Positions 59,522-64,000 of a stretch of 64,000 nucleotides of DNA are shown piece by piece. A program made the translations under genes and the position numbers. Source of the stretch: a virus. The DNA lies in the IMG/VR virus record IMGVR_UViG_3300025834_000005; one strand, given 5' to 3'. Positions within the stretch are counted from its first letter, which is position 1. Every line of letters begins with the position of its first letter. The notes under the pieces are model-generated. The model did not search any database. It was not told the origin of the DNA and saw only the letters and a list, made by a program, of their open reading frames with translations.

Positions 59522-60802
59522 ATGGACAATAAATATAAAATATTAATAAATAAGGCTAAAAATATTGATTCGGTTAATACCGATACCAATATTAGAATAG
59601 AACTTACCAGAAAATCTGATTCGGTTGAAGAATCTGAGTACGATAAGAACGTTAGCTCCACCGATGTGTTCAATTCTGAGAGAGAGTCTAATAATAATTA
59701 TCGAATATATGGCTCAATCGAATATATGTCAATGTTGAACGGTATAAAAAACAACTTAAGTGCAGCCAGTAGAGATGACTACTTTATAACTGTTACTGGC
59801 GATACAAAAAGCCTTTTAAACTCATTTGAATTTTACCTATTAAAACCAAAAGTGGCTTCCGCTTATTCAGGTGTTACGGCAAGCACATATACCAGATATT
59901 TTGATGTTATAGCTAAGCCAGAAGATTTCGACGTGTATAATGCTGGATTTTCGAAGAATGTTTACGGCGATCAGAAATTCTCATTTGTGATTAATAAAGA
60001 TATCAAGGAAAATGATTTAGAAATTACTATCAATCCAGATACTCTAATGCCTTTCGGTAAATTTTATGAAAGAAATAATTTACCTGTTACAGAACTTTTT
60101 ATTTATGCTAAATATCTTGTAGGTGTCGGCGAAACAATGCAAGGACTATCTTGGGATATAAACGGTAATCCTATAACAGGTTCTACAAGTATGAGCGACT
60201 ATATGTCGATGGATATGTCAACATTTTCGCAATCGGGCGTATCAACACAGATTAATTATATTAATACACCATATATTGAAACAGGATCAACTAAATACTT
60301 CTCATGGTACTATTCTCCAATGATTCCTGTTAGAATAAATATGCTTAGCGATGAATTATTTAAAGTTGGATATCAGAAGGTAATTATATCTGGAAATACT
60401 ATTAACAGCAGTCCAACAAGTCCATTACCTTGGAGTTATGACCCTGTAATACCTATAGAACTTGGCGTATTATCAGGAAACACGTTCGATGTATATTCAG
60501 GAACAACTTCATATGATTTAATTAACTCAATGCCTGAACATGCTTATAATTTAGGTGATGGTAATTTTGTTTGGAGAAATATACTTCCGCAGAATTATAT
60601 TAATCCTGTAACAAGTGTTACGCTTAATAATCCATTCATGAATGGCAATAGATATATATTCAGTAGTATTATTTTGGATGTTAAAGCAAATAAGGGTGTA
60701 TTAAATACGGCAAACCTATTTAGTAATATAGGATTTAATTTTCAGAGTGTAAATAATGTTCCAGTTAGTGATATAAATGATATAGGTAAGCCATGCAAAT
60801 AA
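59522..60802 (+). CDS. Hypothetical structural protein
   Basis: 426-aa ORF co-directional with the preceding structural gene and 4 nt after its stop. Confidence 0.5.
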   Translation: MDNKYKILINKAKNIDSVNTDTNIRIELTRKSDSVEESEYDKNVSSTDVFNSERESNNNYRIYGSIEYMSMLNGIKNNLSAASRDDYFITVTGDTKSLLNSFEFYLLKPKVASAYSGVTASTYTRYFDVIAKPEDFDVYNAGFSKNVYGDQKFSFVINKDIKENDLEITINPDTLMPFGKFYERNNLPVTELFIYAKYLVGVGETMQGLSWDINGNPITGSTSMSDYMSMDMSTFSQSGVSTQINYINTPYIETGSTKYFSWYYSPMIPVRINMLSDELFKVGYQKVIISGNTINSSPTSPLPWSYDPVIPIELGVLSGNTFDVYSGTTSYDLINSMPEHAYNLGDGNFVWRNILPQNYINPVTSVTLNNPFMNGNRYIFSSIILDVKANKGVLNTANLFSNIGFNFQSVNNVPVSDINDIGKPCK

Positions 60803-61563
60803 AAAAGGTAGTAAGATATGTGGGTAGCGATGTTGTATTCAAAATACCATTATCTAATAATATGAATACTGTGGGGTCTGACGGCGATATCGATAAGATT
60901 GTTGATAGAGTTGAACCATTGTTTATAAATCCTATCGTTGATAACGAGGTGAAGAGGATTATGTATGAGTCAGGTGTAACCGCAAACATCAACTTCAAAT
61001 ATTATAATTATAGCGGTAGCACGTATACAACATCGCTTATAGATAGTGGAAACTTTACGTTATCCGAGTATGATTCGTATGATCAGAAATTATTAAACAG
61101 TTTCTACATATTTGACGTATTTGATAGCCCTAATGTTTTAAAACAGAGCAGAATATATCGATCATATCTATCAAAAATACATGTTGATAATGCTTTTACG
61201 ATATCAAATAGAACGAATCAGTTGAATTCTATATTTATTCCGTCTTATTTAGTGCAAAGCGACACTACCGAATATTACGGTAGACTTATGTTCTATAATG
61301 CAAAAAGAAATCGAATAATTACATTTTATAATGAATCACATAATGGTGATACCGTTACAATTAATAAAATGTTTTTTAAGCTATCTGTTAACTCAAATAC
61401 GAAAAGATGGTATTTTACAGAACCAGCTAATGCTATAGAAATTGTTGAGACTGGAAATGCTTTTGTTAATAAAGTAAACAGCAGCATGGAAGGTTTTGAG
61501 GTTATAAAACCTGTATATGCCGCTGGTACTAAATTTGATTACACGAATATTGATTACGTTTAA
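60793..61563 (+). CDS. Hypothetical structural protein
   Basis: 256-aa ORF overlapping the upstream gene by 10 nt. Confidence 0.5.
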   Translation: MQIKKVVRYVGSDVVFKIPLSNNMNTVGSDGDIDKIVDRVEPLFINPIVDNEVKRIMYESGVTANINFKYYNYSGSTYTTSLIDSGNFTLSEYDSYDQKLLNSFYIFDVFDSPNVLKQSRIYRSYLSKIHVDNAFTISNRTNQLNSIFIPSYLVQSDTTEYYGRLMFYNAKRNRIITFYNESHNGDTVTINKMFFKLSVNSNTKRWYFTEPANAIEIVETGNAFVNKVNSSMEGFEVIKPVYAAGTKFDYTNIDYV

Positions 61564-62321
61564 GAAAAACTAAAACCAAGTTTTGGTGGTCTTTTTGATT
61601 TGGATATTTCGAAGTCTTTCTCGTCTTGTATAAAACCCATTAAATTTATGGTGTATTTTGTCACGAATAATCTTTCGCCTTCAATATTTTCAATAGGATT
61701 ATTTTCAGCAACGTCTTCGAATACCAAAGGCATTGGGTGATTCTTAACAAAAACAAATGCTTGACTTGACGCAAATGCTTTCAATGTTTGTTCATCGAAT
61801 AAATTAATATCTACACGATATTTAGTGAATAGTGATATTTCAAATTTTAGATCGACATTAATAGGCTCAGGAGTTTTAAATAAAAGATAAATTAATTCAC
61901 CATTATCCATTATAGGAACTTCGTAGAATCTGAATTTTTTTAACTGTGGTATCAAATATTTAATAGCACCTAATCGTGTGCCTTTGCCTTTTTCAGTTCG
62001 TCTCACAGTAATATAAGGTGTTGCTATATTTTTATCACCATCTGAAAATTTCCATGTCTTTGAAAATTCACCCCATCTATCATTATCAAGATAAAAACTT
62101 GGTACAATCTTACCATCAATAACAAGTTTCATTTTTTCACTGTTAACGAAATCGAATATAGCTGTATCTAAATCCTCAAGCTGTATGGTTCTCGGTAAAT
62201 ATTTAGTATTGATCTTTGTATCATTCATTAATTTCTCGATCCTATCCAAGCCATAATGCATGTAATCAGTTCCTATAATAGGCGGATTTGTATCGATAAT
62301 AATTCTTTTTGGTAATGACAT
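61560..62321 (-). CDS. Hypothetical late (probable virion) protein
   Basis: 253-aa ORF. The GTATTTATAT motif at 62331-62340 lies 9 nt upstream of the ATG. Convergent 4-nt overlap with the plus-strand gene. Confidence 0.5.
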   Translation of the reverse strand: MSLPKRIIIDTNPPIIGTDYMHYGLDRIEKLMNDTKINTKYLPRTIQLEDLDTAIFDFVNSEKMKLVIDGKIVPSFYLDNDRWGEFSKTWKFSDGDKNIATPYITVRRTEKGKGTRLGAIKYLIPQLKKFRFYEVPIMDNGELIYLLFKTPEPINVDLKFEISLFTKYRVDINLFDEQTLKAFASSQAFVFVKNHPMPLVFEDVAENNPIENIEGERLFVTKYTINLMGFIQDEKDFEISKSKRPPKLGFSFS

Positions 62322-62330
62322 ACTTTTTTA

Positions 62331-62340
62331 ATATAAATAC
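62331..62340 (-). promoter_or_regulatory. Phage-specific (late-type) promoter motif GTATTTATAT
   Basis: Exact 10-mer, 9 nt upstream of the ATG at 62321. Confidence 0.5.
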
Positions 62341-62363
62341 TTGCTTTTCATTATAGATATTAA

Positions 62364-62371
62364 TACCTTTG
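62364..62371 (+). promoter_or_regulatory. Host-type -7 promoter box (TACCTTTG) for the KTSC-dut early block
   Basis: TTGC at 62341 sits about 20 nt upstream of the box. The box ends 14 nt before the ATG at 62386. Confidence 0.5.
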
Positions 62372-62385
62372 CAAGAAAAATATTT

Positions 62386-62751
62386 ATGCTGATTAATAGA
62401 AAAGAAAAACTAAATGAGGATGGTACAATAGGATACATCGAATCGGTCTTCAATTCAGGAAATGTTATGAAAACAACATACTTTCCAGCTGATAATAAGC
62501 TATATATAGCGTTTAACAGAGGCGAAACATATAGTTATGCCAACGTATTGAATGAGCTGTATAATACATTTGAAAAGGCTGAATCTCAAGGCGTATTCTT
62601 CTTTAAAACCTTTAACAAGAATTCAAAATATCCGTCACGAAAGGAATTTACACTTTACCCAACTGAGGTGAAAGAGATAAAAGAAGAGATTAAGCAAATA
62701 ATTGAAGACCATAGTGGCGACGAAATGTTAATTACTGAGGGTGATGACTAA
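62386..62751 (+). CDS. KTSC domain protein
   Basis: ...MKTTYFPADNKLYIAFNRGETYSYANVLNELYNTFEKAESQGVFF matches the KTSC pattern (Yd...l.v.F..G..Y.Y..Vp......l..A.S.G.yf). I place the start at ATG 62386 (MLINRKEK...), because a TACCTTTG promoter box (62364-62371) lies inside the longer track ORF. Confidence 0.6.
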   Translation: MLINRKEKLNEDGTIGYIESVFNSGNVMKTTYFPADNKLYIAFNRGETYSYANVLNELYNTFEKAESQGVFFFKTFNKNSKYPSRKEFTLYPTEVKEIKEEIKQIIEDHSGDEMLITEGDD

Positions 62752-63085
62752 AACAAATAATATTGATTGGAAATCAAAGGGATTTTTTAAATTCTTACCC
62801 GAAGAAAAGCATAAATATGCTGCAAATGTGCTTAATTTTATGTTTGACCATATGCTTGAAAATTATGGTGAACATGGACATTCATATATTTTCGCATGTG
62901 TGTTGCGAATTATGACTGAATACATCTTGATAAAAAGCGAAGTTCTCGATATTATTGATGAACTCATGTCAGACGAATTTAGACGACAGGCATCAAATCC
63001 TGATTTATTTGGTATCGACGCAGAGGCTACATTCATCCGTGCATATTGCGAAAATAAGGTTAAACAATTAAAAAACATAAAATAA
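62741..63085 (+). CDS. Hypothetical early protein
   Basis: 114-aa ORF overlapping the upstream gene by 11 nt. Confidence 0.45.
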   Translation: MMTKTNNIDWKSKGFFKFLPEEKHKYAANVLNFMFDHMLENYGEHGHSYIFACVLRIMTEYILIKSEVLDIIDELMSDEFRRQASNPDLFGIDAEATFIRAYCENKVKQLKNIK

Positions 63086-63408
63086 TGAATACTAAATATT
63101 ATACCGATTATCAAAACCCAGAAGGCGAGGATTGTGGAATGCTCATGCATGAAAAGCTGGATAGATTGAAACGAAACATGCAAAATGACCATCCATACAT
63201 ATTTAGCGATGTGATATATACTTTATTATCAGATAAAAGGGTTCATGTATCTGAATCGACTATTTTTGAGGTTGATGATGTAACAGTTACAGCCGATTTT
63301 CTTAATATTTATCAGATTAAATGGATGTTAAAAGAAGATAAGAGCGTGGTAATCTATAGCGTTCATTATGATACAGCACAAGACACATTAAGAGGATTTA
63401 TTTTTTAA
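63085..63408 (+). CDS. Hypothetical early protein
   Basis: 107-aa ORF. The TAATG arrangement overlaps the stop and start codons. Confidence 0.45.
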   Translation: MNTKYYTDYQNPEGEDCGMLMHEKLDRLKRNMQNDHPYIFSDVIYTLLSDKRVHVSESTIFEVDDVTVTADFLNIYQIKWMLKEDKSVVIYSVHYDTAQDTLRGFIF

Positions 63409-63415
63409 ATAATAT

Positions 63416-63895
63416 ATGAAAGCAAAAATTTACATTAAGTATCACAACCAGAATTGTAAACTGGAATCACATGGTAATTGGATTGATTTAAAATCCGCCG
63501 AATCAGTAGTTATGCCAAAAGCTACGCATCGTTTAATTAACTTAGGCTTCGCATGTAAGCTCCCTAAGTATTTTCAGGCAAACATTGCACCAAGGTCTTC
63601 AACTTATAATAAGTTTGGATTAATACAGGCTAATCATTATGGTGTGGTTGACGGGCCTGATGCGACAAGCGATGGATATTCTGGTAATGACGACCACTGG
63701 AAATTTAGTGCATTATCTATGGGTACTGCTAAAGTGAATGAGGGTGATAGAATTTGTCAGTTTGAAATTAGACCAGCTATGTTCGCACCTTGGTATGTTA
63801 AATTGAAATGGATATTTACGAACGGAGTTAAGTTTATCGAAGTCGATGATCTTAAATCAAAAAGCAGAGGCGGATATGGTAGTACAGGAAAATAA
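63416..63895 (+). CDS. dut: dUTP diphosphatase (trimeric dUTPase)
   Basis: 159 aa. ...IAPRSSTYNKFGL (motif 2), GVVDGPD...Y.G (motif 3 with an insertion), RICQFEI (motif 4) and SRGGYGSTGK (motif 5). Confidence 0.8.
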   Translation: MKAKIYIKYHNQNCKLESHGNWIDLKSAESVVMPKATHRLINLGFACKLPKYFQANIAPRSSTYNKFGLIQANHYGVVDGPDATSDGYSGNDDHWKFSALSMGTAKVNEGDRICQFEIRPAMFAPWYVKLKWIFTNGVKFIEVDDLKSKSRGGYGSTGK

Positions 63896-64000
63896 ACTTA
63901 GTCCTTTGAAGAGACTTAATCATAGTATTGATGATTTGAATAGCTCATTTAAACTTTATTGTATAAAAAAATATCCAGAAGACGAATTTCTACAGTCTAT
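63876..64000 (+). CDS. Hypothetical protein (partial; continues beyond the window)
   Basis: Hand translation from ATG 63876 gives MVVQENKLSPLKRLNHSIDDLNSSFKLYCIKKYPEDEFLQS..., open to the window end. Overlaps the dut stop by 20 nt. Confidence 0.3.
   Translation, partial: MVVQENKLSPLKRLNHSIDDLNSSFKLYCIKKYPEDEFLQS

Noticed and set aside
62863-63192. 109-aa minus-strand ORF overlapping two plus-strand early genes
   Set aside because: It is antisense to a tightly coupled plus-strand gene series that is driven by a recognisable promoter. No promoter or motif supports it.
1-64000. tRNA genes, CRISPR arrays, integrase/transposase genes or terminal repeats
   Set aside because: The intergenic regions are short and extremely AT-rich, with no cloverleaf-compatible GC-containing stems. 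No regularly spaced direct repeats and no recombinase motifs were seen in any ORF.

Overview
This window looks like part of a large, very AT-rich genome of a contractile-tailed dsDNA phage. There is no integrase, transposase, rRNA, tRNA or CRISPR array, and coding density is about 95%, mostly on the minus strand.

Modules I can recognise:
- Baseplate wedge: gp6/J-like (partial) and gp25-like, 1-2159.
- A roughly 12 kb accessory block (2244-14464). It holds a GT-B glycosyltransferase, a ParB-like protein, a Nudix hydrolase and a 1407-aa multi-domain 'polyvalent' protein. That protein joins a CCA-adding/poly(A)-polymerase nucleotidyltransferase, an ART-like domain, a duplicated unknown domain and a C-terminal 2H phosphoesterase.
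- Replication and recombination (14514-26487): family B DNA polymerase, SNF2 helicase, DnaB-like helicase, FEN/5'-3' exonuclease, RecA/UvsX-like recombinase and a gp32-like SSB.
- A late operon of small or unknown proteins, followed by a two-domain GT2.
- Tail and tail-fibre genes (31951-46318): large baseplate protein, receptor-binding cluster, repeat-containing fibre with an S74 chaperone domain, tape measure, and a gp26-like chaperone with a candidate -1 frameshift site.
- A plus-strand block (46432-53823): PhoH, two glycosyltransferases, a sigma-like factor and the baseplate hub/spike.
- Tail tube and sheath (53876-57222), more structural genes, then an early plus-strand block ending in dUTPase.

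Two promoter classes are visible:
- The 10-mer GTATTTATAT lies 10-34 nt upstream of 11 start codons. Most of these belong to structural genes.
- Host-type Bacteroidota -7 boxes (TAnnTTTG) precede early-looking genes. Together with the lack of Shine-Dalgarno sequences, this points to a Bacteroidota (for example Flavobacteriia) host.

All functional calls rest on motifs I recognised by eye in the supplied translations. No database search was possible.
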